From contig NC_058373.1 of NCBI RefSeq assembly GCF_018350175.1, positions 73,470,001 through 73,534,000 on the forward strand: a DNA stretch of 64,000 bases, given 5' to 3'. Shown in pieces: positions 21,588 to 33,700 of the stretch. Each line of letters opens with the position of its first letter. The stretch's first letter is position 1. The DNA comes from Felis catus. Lineage: Eukaryota. Position numbers and translations under genes: made by a program. The notes beneath the pieces were generated by a model. It did not search any database, was not told the origin of the DNA, and saw only the letters and a program-made list of their open reading frames with translations.

Positions 21588-22633
21588 TTTTTTTTTTAAT
21601 TTTTTTAAGTTTATTTATTTATTGGGGGGGGGGGCAGACAGAGGGAGAATCCCAAGCAGGCTCTGCACTGTCAGCACTTAGCCCAATGAGGGGTTCAAAC
21701 TCGCAAATCGTGAGATCATGATCTGAGCCGAAATCAAGAGTCTAAGGCTTAACCGAGTCACCCAGATACCCCATCGACGACATACCACTTTTCTTGGTAA
21801 ATTATTTCTAGAGATTGCTAATCTTGTCCATTATCAGTTGCCTCTTACGTTTTCACTGTCTTAAGGTATGAAAAGACCTACCAATTCCTTTTTTTAGTAA
21901 CATATAATTTTTTTTTAACATTTATTTGAGAGAGAGAGAAAGAGACAGAGCACAAGTGGGAGACAGGCAGAGACAGAGAGACACAGAATCCAAGGCTCCA
22001 GGCTCTGAGCTGTCAGCACAGAGCCCCAGGCAGGGCTCAAACTCTCGAACTTGTGAGATCAGAACCTGAGCTGAAGTCGGATGCTCAACTGACAGAGCCA
22101 CCCAGGTACCCTGACCTACCAGTTCCTTTAACAAAACCTAGCTCAGGTCCTTCAAGATGGGTAATGCGGAGGGACTGTTCACAGGGTGAGGGGCCCCACT
22201 GAGGGGGGTGGATGTCAGGGATTCCTTTCTCCTTTGGGGATCATCAGACTGGGCTCTAAGGGGGCACTGTATTTCTTCTTTGTGGTGGCTGAGGGAAAAT
22301 GCAGGGTGGCTGCCCCAGAGACCTGGATAGTCACCCTTCATAGAGAACCTTGAAGGAACAGGTTTAGTTTGTCCAAGAGCCCCAGAGTTTCCTTAAGGAG
22401 AACAATCCTAGGGGCGCCTGGGTGGCTCAGTCGATTAAGCATCCGACTTCCACTCAGGTCATGATCTTGTGGTCTGTGAGTTCAAGCCCTGCATTCAGCT
22501 CTGTGCTGACAGTTGAGAGCCTGAAACCTGCTTCGGATTCTGTGTCTCCCTTTCTGTCTACCCATCCCCCACTTGTGCGTTCTCATTCTCTCTCTCTCTC
22601 TCAAAAATAAATAATTATTAAAAGAAAAAAAAA
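21588..22633. mobile_element. Can-SINEs at 21588-21772 (-), 21905-22112 (-) and 22411-22633 (+)
   Basis: Heads and tails; TSDs GACCTACCA(A/G)TTCCTT and AGAACAATCCTA. Confidence 0.88.
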
Positions 22634-23969
22634 AGAACAATCCTATCCTGAGCTCTGGAGGTGATATACTTTGTTTCTTATTATTGAGGAAGAATCAGCA
22701 AGACTTAGTTCTTGATCAGATGTAGTAAAAGACAAGTGAAGAAAGATATGCCCGCAAAAGAATGAAGGAAAGGCAGTAAACGTAAATCTTTACTGAAACG
22801 CGTGAGGGGCAGCGAGGGCAACTGAAGTCCAAGATGTTAACCTTCAGCTCTCACTGTCACTCACCCCCTCTGCTGGCCCTCCTCCAATCCCCTTCCCACC
22901 TAGTCCACACTAGCCAACGGCTCATCCTGCGAACCTGCTATCTCCACTCACTGCAAAGAATGAGGACCAAGACAAATTGCTGTAGTGTCCCCTTTGGGCA
23001 GCACTGAACACCCTTCATGTCCCTTCTCCCACCTCCATGGAACAGTCTGGAGATACTTTTCCTACCAAACTACATTCATAAGCTCAGTAATTAGTTTATT
23101 TTTTCATGAAATTACTAGAATTAATATATTGATTTTCTATACCAAAAATGCTTTAAAGGCACTTGAGCAAGAAACAAATGCAATGATATTCAATTAAGCA
23201 TTGTGTAATAGGGCAAACTGGGAACAATCTGAATATCTATCATAAAGGGAATGGTGAAATCATGATACAGCCATACCCCCAACGATATGAGCTAATATTT
23301 CTGTGCATACATTTGCAAATGTTTAGAAAAAGCTCTGCTCTGGCATTATATTCACCAAATCAGTCTAGTTATTCTGGGGTAGTGAATTGGCATAATGGGC
23401 TGTGTGTGTATGTACACGCGTGTGCACGTTAAACCTTTTACTTTTATATATTTCTGCTTGAATTTTTTTACAAAGCACATTTGTTTTGCTTTTAAGCCAA
23501 TGTTTTTTATATAGTTGGGCAGCACTGTTGCTAGCAAATGTTCAGTTTTATTTAGGTTTTGGGAAACACGAGGAACAACTAGCTGTCCAGCTCCCTGTCA
23601 TTTAGGGAACCAGGGCTGGGAACCACTGCCTTGGAAGCCATTTTGTTTTCTCAGGTAGTCACTTCTCAAACCTCAGCTCTCCAGAAACTTGATTGACACC
23701 AGGAGATATTCTTTTCAAATTTTGGTCATTTAAGATGAAATCTTTCCTTGGTGTGCGATTATTTCTCACCCTGTGCTTTCACTTACCGTCGCTTCCCCTT
23801 TCTCTGTCACTTTTTGCACAATGCCATCCCAGACTCACCTCTACAAATCCTGAACCAAATCTGTTTTCCCTACTAAGGCTCTACCTTATAATCCCGGATT
23901 CACTTCTCTTGGTTTTTCAACCATACTCATTTGCACTTCCTGTTACTTTATATTCTTAGACTGTCTTTT

Positions 23970-24687
23970 AAATTAATTTTTAAACGTTTATTCATTTTTG
24001 AGAGGGGGGAGGGGCAGAGAGAGAGGGAGACACAGAATCTGAAGCAGGCTCCAGGCCCTGAGCTGTCAGCACAGAGCCTGATGCGGGGCTCAAACCCACA
24101 AACTGGGAGATCATGACCTGAGCTGAAGTTGGATGCTTAACTGACTGAACTACCCAGCCGCCCCATATTCTTAGACAGTTTTTAATGTGCCCACTATTGT
24201 CTATAAGTTGTAGACACTAAGACACAGTCCATTTTTTTTTAATCATTATATCAAATACCAAAACCTAGTATGGTTTAAGATGAGTACCTAAGGAAATGCT
24301 AAATGCCATAATAAATATCAGGAAAAACTATTTTGAGACTTTTGATGTCATCTCCAGATGATACTAACTACAAAGGGAAAATGTACTTCTATATTTTACT
24401 TCTATATTTTAGAGACATTGGTTACCACCTTAACCAAGCAATCCAACTCAGCATAATTTAAATCTTTAAAAAAAAATTTTTTTTAATGTTTATTTTTGAG
24501 AGAGAGGGAAAGAGACAGAATGTGAGGGGGTGAGGGGCAGAGAGAGAGGGAGACAGAATCTGAAGCATGCTCCAGGCTCTGAGCTGTCAGCACAGAGCCC
24601 CAGGCAGGGCTCAAACTCTCGAACTTGTGAGATCATGACCTGAGCCGAAGTCGGATGCTTAACCGACTGAGCCACCCAGGCATCCCC
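23970..24687 (-). mobile_element. Can-SINEs at 23970-24164 and 24465-24687
   Basis: Heads and tails; TSDs TATTCTTAGAC and CAAC(T/C)CAGCATAATT. Confidence 0.88.
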
Positions 24688-24851
24688 AACCCAGCATAAT
24701 TAATAGTGACACACTCTAACCTGATATGGCTCCAGGGTGATATAATGTGAAGTACATTATGTCATCTATTAAGTTTTCTTTGCAAAAATGTTTACCCTGA
24801 ATCTAAAAAGGCTGTAGACCTACTTCTAGTTTACAGGAAATATAGGCTTAT

Positions 24852-25533
24852 AGCACTGTCCAATAGAACTTTTTTTTAAACAGCATTTGTATTTTTTGTT
24901 AATGTTTATTTATTTTTGAGAGAGACAGAGAGAACAAGTGGGGAGTGGGGGAGGGGCAGAGAGAGGAGAAAGGAAATCCCAAGCCAGCTCCACAATCAGT
25001 GCAGAGCCCAACACAGGGCTCAATTTCACACCATGAGATCATGACCTGGGCAGAAATCAAGAGTCGAACACTTAACCGACTGAGCCACCTTGGCACCCCA
25101 ATAACTTCTTTATATTTTTAAAAACTTTTGTTTATTGGGACTGTGGTGGCTCAGTAGTTGGGCGTCTAACTTCAGTTCAGGTCACAATCTCAGTTTGAGT
25201 TCGAGCTCCACATTTAAAAAATTAAAAAAAAATTTAAACGTTTATTAAGTAATCTATACTCCCAACGTGTGTCTAGCGTTGGTAGCATAGTAGTGAGCAT
25301 AACTGCCTTCCAACGTGGGTCTTGAACTACAACCCAAGATCAAGAGTCCCACTGACTGTTCCACTGACTGAACCAGTCTGGCGCCCCTAGAACTTCCTAG
25401 AATGATAGAAATGTTGCATATTTGTACCATCCAATACAGTAACCACCAACCTACTGAAATTTTATGTCATCCTAATTAACTTAAATTTGAATTTAAATAC
25501 CTGTATGTGGCTAGTGGCTACTATATTGGACAG
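24852..25533. mobile_element. MER3-like hAT-Charlie MITE split by SINEs at 24890-25099, 25137-25230 and 25240-25387
   Basis: Inverted ends CTGTCCAATA (~24856) and TATTGGACAG (~25524); internal ATGTGGCTAGTGGCTAC. Confidence 0.65.
25276..25313 (+). pseudogene. 5' half of tRNA-Gly(TCC), tailless retro-fragment
   Basis: GCGTTGGTAGCATAGTAGTGAGCATAACTGCCTTCCAA versus recalled tRNA-Gly(TCC) GCGTTGGTGGTATAGTGGTGAGCATAGCTGCCTTCCAA (4 transitions in 38 nt); flanked by CCAACGTG direct repeats. Confidence 0.8.
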
Positions 25534-25679
25534 AACAGGAAAGGTGCAAGTTAACTACTGCAGCAAATAGACAATGGGACATTCTACAAAGTAACCAGCC
25601 TGGATTTTTCAAAAAATTAATTTCTATTTAAAAAGAAAAAAAAAGGTAGGAGAAATGGTCTATTTTTAAAGAGATTAAA

Positions 25680-25850
25680 GGGGCGCCTGGGTGGTTCAGT
25701 TGGTTAATGAGGTTGAGCCCCACATCGGGCTCTGCAGTAAGTGTGGAGCCTGCTTGGGATTCTCATTCTCCCTCTCTCTGCCCCTCCCCTGCTTGCACTC
25801 TCTCTCTGTCTCTTGCTCTCAAAAATAAGTAAACATTAAAAAAAAAAAAA
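25680..25850 (+). mobile_element. Can-SINE with an internal deletion
   Basis: Head GGGGCGCCTGGGTGG, (CT)n, A-tail. Confidence 0.85.
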
Positions 25851-26446
25851 AGAGAGAGAGAGAGATTGATTAAAGAAACCTAATATCCAAATGTAATGCC
25901 TGGGCCTTTATTGGACCCTAGACCAGGAAAACATATTAGGGAAATTTTAATATGACCTGGATAAGAGTTATTACAAAGTTACTAACTTTTAGGTATAATA
26001 ATTTTATTAGTTATACAGAGGAGTGCCCCTATTTTTAGGAGTTACCTGCTTAAGTATTTAAGAAATGAAATATCACATCTGTAATTTACTATAAAATGGT
26101 TCTAGAAAAAAAAAGTCCATATAACCAAATATTTATCAATCTATTTAGAGAGAGAGGGAGGAAGGAGAGAAAAGAAACAGAGAAAATCAAAATGTTAGTA
26201 GTTGTTGAATCTAGGTTGTTGAGATTATACTGGTGCTTATTGTATTATTCTTTTATATTTTTCTGTAAGTTTGAAACTTTACCCCAAAAATGTTGGGGAA
26301 AAGAACACTATACAACTAAGCAATATTGATTATTTCTGACTTTTTCCATTAAGTGGTTTGTGATTTGTTAATTTTCCTTATAGATAAATGGCAATAAGCA
26401 CCATTTACAGAAAAAGCTAAAAAAAAAAAAAAGTTAAAATTATGTC

Positions 26447-26650
26447 AGGATACCTGGGTGGCTCAGTCAGTTGAGCATCCAGCTCTTGATTTTGGTTCAG
26501 GTCATGATATCAGGGCTTGTGGGTTCCAGCCCCAGCTCTACATTGACAGTGTAGATTCTCTCTCTCTCTGGCTCTCTGGGATTCTCTCCCTCTGTCTGGC
26601 CCTCCCCCACTCACACACTCTCTCTCAAAATAAATAAACTAAAAAAAAAA
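26447..26650 (+). mobile_element. Can-SINE
   Basis: TSD TAAAATTATGTCA on both sides. Confidence 0.85.
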
Positions 26651-27045
26651 TAAAATTATGTCAAAGACCTTAGTCTTTCCTATAAAGCAATCCAAGACCA
26701 TCGTTATTCATTGTAGCAGAATGCCTTGAGACAGCCTCCCTTGAAAGAAGTTTGAGAAGCTAGATAGGCTCTTCTAAATAAGGGTGGAGGTCTTCTGCTT
26801 CTGTTCTCAGTCCCCGACTGTGATGCCAATCAGGGCCCTGCCTTGTTCTAAAATAAGTGGACTATGAAACTTGGTCCCTCAGGGTGATCTCTTCCCACTC
26901 TCTGCTTTCAGAGGAAAAAGTAACCCTCAAACCACACCAGAGGGAACCAGGAATCCAAGGGGCGGGTGTCCCTTCTAGTAACAGAGCTGGGTGCCCTGCT
27001 TCTTTATCAGGACTGCCCCACTGAGAGCTGTGGTGATGGAATAGT

Positions 27046-27046
<1 letters not shown>

Positions 27047-27076
<30 letters not shown>
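27047..27076 (+). repeat. Poly(C)30 homopolymer
   Basis: Thirty consecutive C. Confidence 0.9.
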
Positions 27077-27077
<1 letters not shown>

Positions 27078-27314
27078 CCGCCTTGGCATCGAGCACTCCT
27101 CTGGATATTACAGTTCTTCAAGAGCAAGGCCAGATGTAATCCAAGTCTGCTCTCCAAGAATGAAGCCTCTAAGGCTCCAGGTGGGCAGGCTGCACTCCTG
27201 CCTCCCACTGCTAGCAGAGGCATTATCCATCGGTCTGTCTGGATCCACTGAGTTCTCCTCCTTACCCACCTTTCATGTTCTTTTTTCATCCTTGCCCAAA
27301 GGAAGCATCATCAC

Positions 27315-27320
27315 TTTATT
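27315..27320 (-). terminator. HAUS4 polyadenylation signal AATAAA
   Basis: tttatt on + strand, ~270 nt after the HAUS4 stop codon. Confidence 0.7.
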
Positions 27321-27588
27321 CAGGAGGTAATCAAATATCCTATAGGGCTGACACTGACAAACAGTTGCACATAAAATTATATAAATCTGTTACATTTCCC
27401 AGAAGAGACTCAGTCACTGTAAACAAGGAAGAAAAACCAGGACGGTGCCTAAACCACTGCAGGGCTTCAAGCAAGTGTCCCCACACTTCCGGAGTGAAGG
27501 TGGGCCTCAGGTGGAGGTGGTCCTTTTGGCAGGAGGGGGAGGCAGCACCGGAGCAGAAGTCCACCTCCAGACCCCCACCAGCCAGCGC

Positions 27589-27772
27589 TCAGCGGCAGGC
27601 CTTGTTAAACTCTTGGAGGGCCCAGCGCTTGTTCTCAGTTGCCTGCTTGAGTTGAGTGTACTCTTTTACCAGCCTGTCAAACTCCTCCCCAAGGACCTCA
27701 TAGGTGCTTAGGACCTGTCGGGACTTCTCCATGTCCTGCTCTTGTAGGCAGATGGCCCCCTCCAAACGGTCC
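27589..27772 (-). CDS. HAUS4: HAUS4 exon 10, coding part
   Basis: DRLEGAICLQEQDMEKSRQVLSTYEVLGEEFDRLVKEYTQLKQATENKRWALQEFNKACR*; 184 nt. Confidence 0.93.
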
Positions 27773-30700
27773 CTATACACCCGGGGAACAGAAGATACAA
27801 TATAAGGATCTGGCTCCTCAGAAAGTAGACAAGATTATCCAAAAGATACAAAAATGCTGATTGAAACAGGTACATGCACCCCAATGTTTACAGCAGCGCT
27901 ATCAACAATAGCCAAAGTATGGAAAGAGCCCAAATGTCCATCGACAGATGAATAGATAAAGAAGATGTGGTGTGTGTGTGTATACATATATAGTGTAATT
28001 TTAAAAAAAATTTTTAATGTTTATTTATTTTTGATAGAACACAAGGGGGGTAGGAGAAGAGAGAGAGGGAGACCCAGAATCTGAAGCAGGCTCCAGGCCC
28101 TGAGCTGTCAGCACAGAGCCCGACATGGGGCTCGAGCCCATGGACCAAGGAGATCATGACCTAAGCTGAAGTTGGTCGCCCAACCAACTGAGCCACCCAG
28201 GTGCCCCTATATACAGTGTAATATTACTCAGCAATCAAAAAGAATGAAATCTTGCCATCTGCAACAAAGTGAATGGAACTAGAGTGTATTATGCTAAGCA
28301 AAATAAGTCAGAGAAAGACAAATGTCATATGATTTCACTCATATGTGCAATTTAAGAAACAAAACAGATGAACATAGGGTAAAAGAAGGAAAAATAAGAA
28401 AAACAGAAGGGAGGCAAACCATAAGAGACTCTTAAATATAGAGAACAAACTGAGGGTTGCTGGAGGGGAGGTGGGTGGGGGGATGGGCTAAATGGGGGAT
28501 GGGCATTAAGGAGGGCACTTACTGGGATGAGCACTGGGTGTTGTATGTAAGTCATGAATCACTGGATTCTACTCCTGAAACCAATACTACACTGTATGTT
28601 AACTAACTTGAATATAAATTAATAAATTTTTAAAAAAAAGAAAGTAGACAAGAATGTGACCACGTTAAAATGAATAGGTATGGAGAACACAGGACCAGCT
28701 CTAACTGCACCCTGTCCTCAAGAGTTCTTACCTTTTTTTTTTCAAAAAATTTTTTAATGTTTATTTTATTTTTGAGAGAGAGAGAGAGAGAGACAGAGTG
28801 TCAGCAGGGGAAGGGCAGAGAGAGAGGGAGACAGAATCCAAAGCAGGCTCCAGGCTCTGAGCTGTCAGCACAGAGCCCGACGTGGGGCTCGAACTCAGGA
28901 ACCATGAGATCATGACCTGAGCGGAAGTCGGATGCTTAACCGACCGAGCCACCCAGGCACCCCGGGAGTTCTTACCTAATGAGACGATGAACTTCCACTT
29001 TCTCAGTAGTGTAAGTGTCAGACAAGATCTTTAGCTCCTCCATCCTGACAAAGGGAAGAAAGAAATATCAGCCTGATGATCCCTGACAACAGCAAAGTTA
29101 TGAACACAACAGAGAGTACCTGCCTATGGTCAAGGTGTGGGCTAAGCAGTGACAGGACAAGCAAGGTCACTCTGAGTTCCTTAGCAATGTATCTCATCTC
29201 ACAGGAAAGCACCTATTTCAGAAGGCTTTAAAAATAAGACTCAGGAATGGTGAATGCTTATGGGTAATCCAAAGGCTAATACCCACAAGGTGCTAGGCAT
29301 GGTGGAGAGGAAAGACAGATGAGGGTGACGATTGAAGGGGGTGGTGTGTGAGACAGAGTTCCTTGGACCCACAGGGGTCAAAGCTCACCTCAGCTTAAGG
29401 ATCATGGCACTGCACTTGATCTCTAGGTACTGAGCATTGATGCGGTCCAGCTCAGACTGAGTCTTAAGCCGGTGCTCTTGAAGAAGCCTCTGCAGCAAGG
29501 CTAGGCAGCGGAGAAGCACCTGAGCCCCCGGGAGGCAGGAAGAAGAGGGCAAAATCAAAGTCAGTAGTAAAGAAGGCAGATCAGAAACCCTTGTCTTCCT
29601 CAGGGCACCCGGGTGGCTCAGTCGGCTAAGCATCAACGTTGGCTCAGGTCATGATCTCACAGTTCATGAGTTCGAGCCCCACCATCGGGCTCTGTGCTGG
29701 CAGCTCAGAGCCTGGAGCCTGCTTTGTATTCTGTCTTTTTCTCTCTCTGCCCCGCCCCTGCTCACGCTTTGTCTCTCTCTCAAAAATAAATAAACATTAG
29801 AAAAAAAAATTCTTGGCTTCCCCCAAAGTGCCCCTGGGGCCAGGATAAAAGGGGGAGTGGCTATCCCACTGCCCTGACAAACCTGGGAGTAGGTGGCACT
29901 CTTCTTCTCCAGCAGCACCATCTGCTCCTGCTGCTGGCTCTTGGCATCCTGGCATTGCTGCTTCTCACCCACCAGGATCTCTGCCAGTTTCCACACCTTT
30001 GCCGCCTTCAAGGTTTCACTGTCTGAATCTGGGCAAAGAAACAGAGGACTAGACAGGAAAACCCTGACTGCTACTGCCCTTCTGAGGCCATTTTTCAGTG
30101 CCTTATCCCTGATCTAGCTCTACAAATTCTCTCTTCAGGTTTTCTTCTGATGTCCTGTTAAAATGGCCCACTTCTCATAATTAAGTTCTCTTTCCTCTTA
30201 CCTTTATTTTTTATTTTAAAATTTTATTTATTTAAGTAATCTCTACACCCAACGTGGGGCTTGGCCTCACAACCTAGAGATCAAGAGTCACATGCTCTGC
30301 CATCTGAGCCAGCCATGTGCCCCTCGCTCTTACCTTTAATTCCAGATTTGGCCCTTAATTCTTAAGTCAAATAAATAAGATAAGGAGAACACCTATTAGC
30401 TTGAACTTTCCTCCCTATTCCATTCCGATTCTCCTAAGAATGAATTCATCCTTCCCTGTAGCAAGAGGACACTCCCACTTGGTTTTCACACAATTCCTTG
30501 CTTGTATTCTACCAGCAAGGAAAGAACCCTCTCCAGTGCTTCCTAGCTTCTGTCGCAAATCTATAATTCAACAAGTTATTCTCAGAAGAGCAGACCAAGA
30601 GACTGGAAGGTCAGCTGTGGACAGAACAGAGTGCCAGCACTCACCTGAATTGGGGTCATGGTAGCACAGCAGGGTGAAACATTTCTTCTTGAGCTGCTCC

Positions 30701-33700
30701 TCTACTTCCAGTGGGAGCCGAGCTCTCATCCACACAAAATCCTACATCCGCAGGAATGAGAAGGGAGATGCAAATAGACCATTAGAACTAGGAAGATCCA
30801 GCCGATGAGCACAGGATGATAAGTATCTCAGTGATAACCAAAGAAAATGCCTCAAGAGACATCAAGGAGATTCACTTTTAGCCTACCAAATTTGCAAAGG
30901 ATAAAATGATGGTTAAGAGCCCATGATGATGAAAAAGTGGGGAGCTGGCAATATGCACCAATGTTTAATGTGTATATCCTCTTGACCCATTGATCCCACC
31001 CCAAGTACTAATACTCCGGGAAATAATCATACAAAGGCAAACCACACCTATGAACTAGCATGATCCTATTAGTGTGGTTTCTAACAGCAAAATGTAGAAA
31101 CAACCGTATCGATCACTAACGTTGAGCAAACTGTGCTACATTCATACAATGGAATCCTTTTGGTTTTTTAGTGTAATCTCCACCCCCCCATCCTGGGGCT
31201 CAAACTCACCACTTGGAGATCAAGAGTCACATGCTCTACCAACTGAGCCTGCCAGGTGCCCCCACACAATGGAATCCTACCAGTGATTTAAATTGATGAT
31301 ATACTAAGAACGCTGAGCACAAACTACGTGCCTGGCACTGTGCTTGGAGTGCTTTAGGAACTATCGGTTTATTTATGTTTATTTATTGACTCGAAAAAAA
31401 GTCCAAAATATATTCAGTGAAAACGGATTATATTCACTATACAAGCATGGAGGCTATAATACCGTTTATGTCAAGTTATATATAAAACACTGTATTTATT
31501 TCTAGATGTAGTATTTCAGCTTTTACTCTCTTCTGTGTAACATATCTCTCTCTTATTTATTAGAGTTTGCTCCCCCCCATGAAATTAACGCGTATCATTT
31601 TTGAAAAAACAATAAAGTGTAACGAGACCACGTTTAAGTATATGGGAGAAATTAAGCCATTTCACTTCTTTGGTCCCCGTATCTGCCCACTCCCAACCTC
31701 TGAGGGGGGCATGAGCTCCAGAAGGTCGGCTTTCTCCACCCCTAGCAGTGGAGGCATTTCCTTCTCCCGGCTGGGCCCTAACAGCCCCGTCAGTTCAGTC
31801 ACAAGTAGCCGCTGTTCAAGGGTCTCGTGAAACTGAAAGAGAATAAAAAACAAAAAGAGGTTACTATAAAATTTCTCCCACTCCACCTCCTCCATCCTCA
31901 TATACCAGTTCTTCACACATTTTTAAAGTCCTCAAACACGTTATCCCCTTCAGCTGCCAGCGCTTTCTCCTGTCAGTCTTCCTTTTCAAAACCCTAACAA
32001 CACACCCACCTCTTCCCCCATAACTACGGTCCATTTCTTTCTTTCCTTTTTTTTGTTAAGGTTTTATTTTTAAGTAATCTCTACACCCAACATGGGGCTC
32101 AAACCCACAACCCTGAGATCAAGAGAGGCATGCTCTACCCTCCAAGCCAGCCAGGTGCCCCCTGTCCAGTTCTTTTTTGATAACCATTACTCAAAGCTCC
32201 TATTTCCCCTAGATCATACAATCAGGCGAAGCCATAGTTGGCCTAGTCATTCCTGCAGGTGGTAACCAATGCCTCCTGTGTCTCTCCTGCTTCACCTTTT
32301 TGTCCTCAGAAGTTAAATTTGTGTCTTGTGTCTTCACATAGTAGTCCACAAGCAGCTCTTGAATGACTCTCTGTAAAATCTCAGACCTCAACCATGTTGT
32401 TTTATGCAGTCGAACTTCCTTCCATGCCTAGAAAACCAAAAAAATCCCAGGTAGGAACTTCTCTGTCTTGGAAGATTTTCCCTTCCTCCTATCATCCCTC
32501 CCCCGAGAGCTCTTACCTGAGCCTGCTCCTTTGCCAGGGTGAGGCTTAAGCCACTCTCGTCTACGTGTTGTGCGAGACTCAGCAGCAGCTTGCTGAAGTG
32601 TGGGTTTTGTAACAGGTCCTTTTCACTCAGGTTACAAGGAGGAAGCTGTTTGCTGCACACTTCGTGGGATATCCCCATAGAGACAAAAAAAAGCAAGGAT
32701 GGTATTATATATAATTGAGAATAACTCTTAGCTTAACACTTCCAAAAAGGTTTTTGGTAGGGGAGTTTTTTAAATCTAATGAAATGTTTATTTATTTATT
32801 TTTATTTATTTAAAAAAATGTTAATGTTTATTTATTTTTGAGAGAGAGAGAGAGAGAGACAGAATGCAAGGCGTGGGGCAGAGAGAGAGGGAGACACAGA
32901 ATCCAAAGCAGGCTCCAGCTGTCAATGCAGAGCCCGATACGGGGCTTGAACTCACAGGCCGTGTGATCATGACCTGAGCCGAAGCTGGCCACTTAACTGA
33001 CTGAGCCACACAGGCGCCCCTAAGGAAATGTTTAAAAAAAAAACAAACAAAAAAACCCCACAAATAAACTAGAGGCAACACTCAAAGTAACAAGTATTTA
33101 TAATATATACAAAGATATTGATCAAGGATTAGGGAATGAGTCTCTAATAAAACTAAGAGATTTGGGGTGCCTAGGTGGCTCAGTCAGTTAAGTGACCGAT
33201 TTTGGCTCAGGTCATGATCTCACAGTTTGTGAGTCTGAATCCTGCATAGGGCTCTGTGCTGACTGTGCGGAGTCTGCTTGGGATTCTCTCTCTCTCCTCC
33301 TCTTTCTCTGCCCCTTCCCTGAGTGCATTCTCTCTCTCTCTCTCTCTCAAAACAAATAAACTTAAAAAAATAATAATGAGATAATAAAACTAAGAGCTTA
33401 GAAAATGGAAGTACAGTTGGAAAATATTACACAAATAGAGTCAGGAATAAGGGACCTCTTAGTAGGGATCACCACAGTACCCCAAATACCTCATTCACAC
33501 TGAATAACTAGAATTCTTGAGGAAGGGGGAAAAAAACATGTAAAGTTCCTTTGGATGTGATCTCTAGTCACATAAGCAAGACTGAGAAAAGGTATATTCT
33601 TAGGGATAAGTGAAAAACTTAATGGAATTCTTATTGTAAACAGAGTTGAGTAACCCACCTGGATTCAGAGCAGCACATGTATGAGAAAAAGTGCAAGAAA

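Larger units (their letters stand above)
30203..32162 (-). mobile_element. Three short Can-SINE variants (~30203-30324, ~31160-31263, ~32045-32162)
   Basis: TAATCTC..CCC..GGGGCT..GAGATCAAGAG..GAGCC..CCAGGTGCCCC pattern; no (CT)n segment. Confidence 0.8.

Noticed and set aside
18199-26650. Recurrent ~200-bp units that might suggest a CRISPR-like or tandem array
   Set aside because: Irregular spacing, both orientations, individual TSDs and A-tails mark them as dispersed SINEs.
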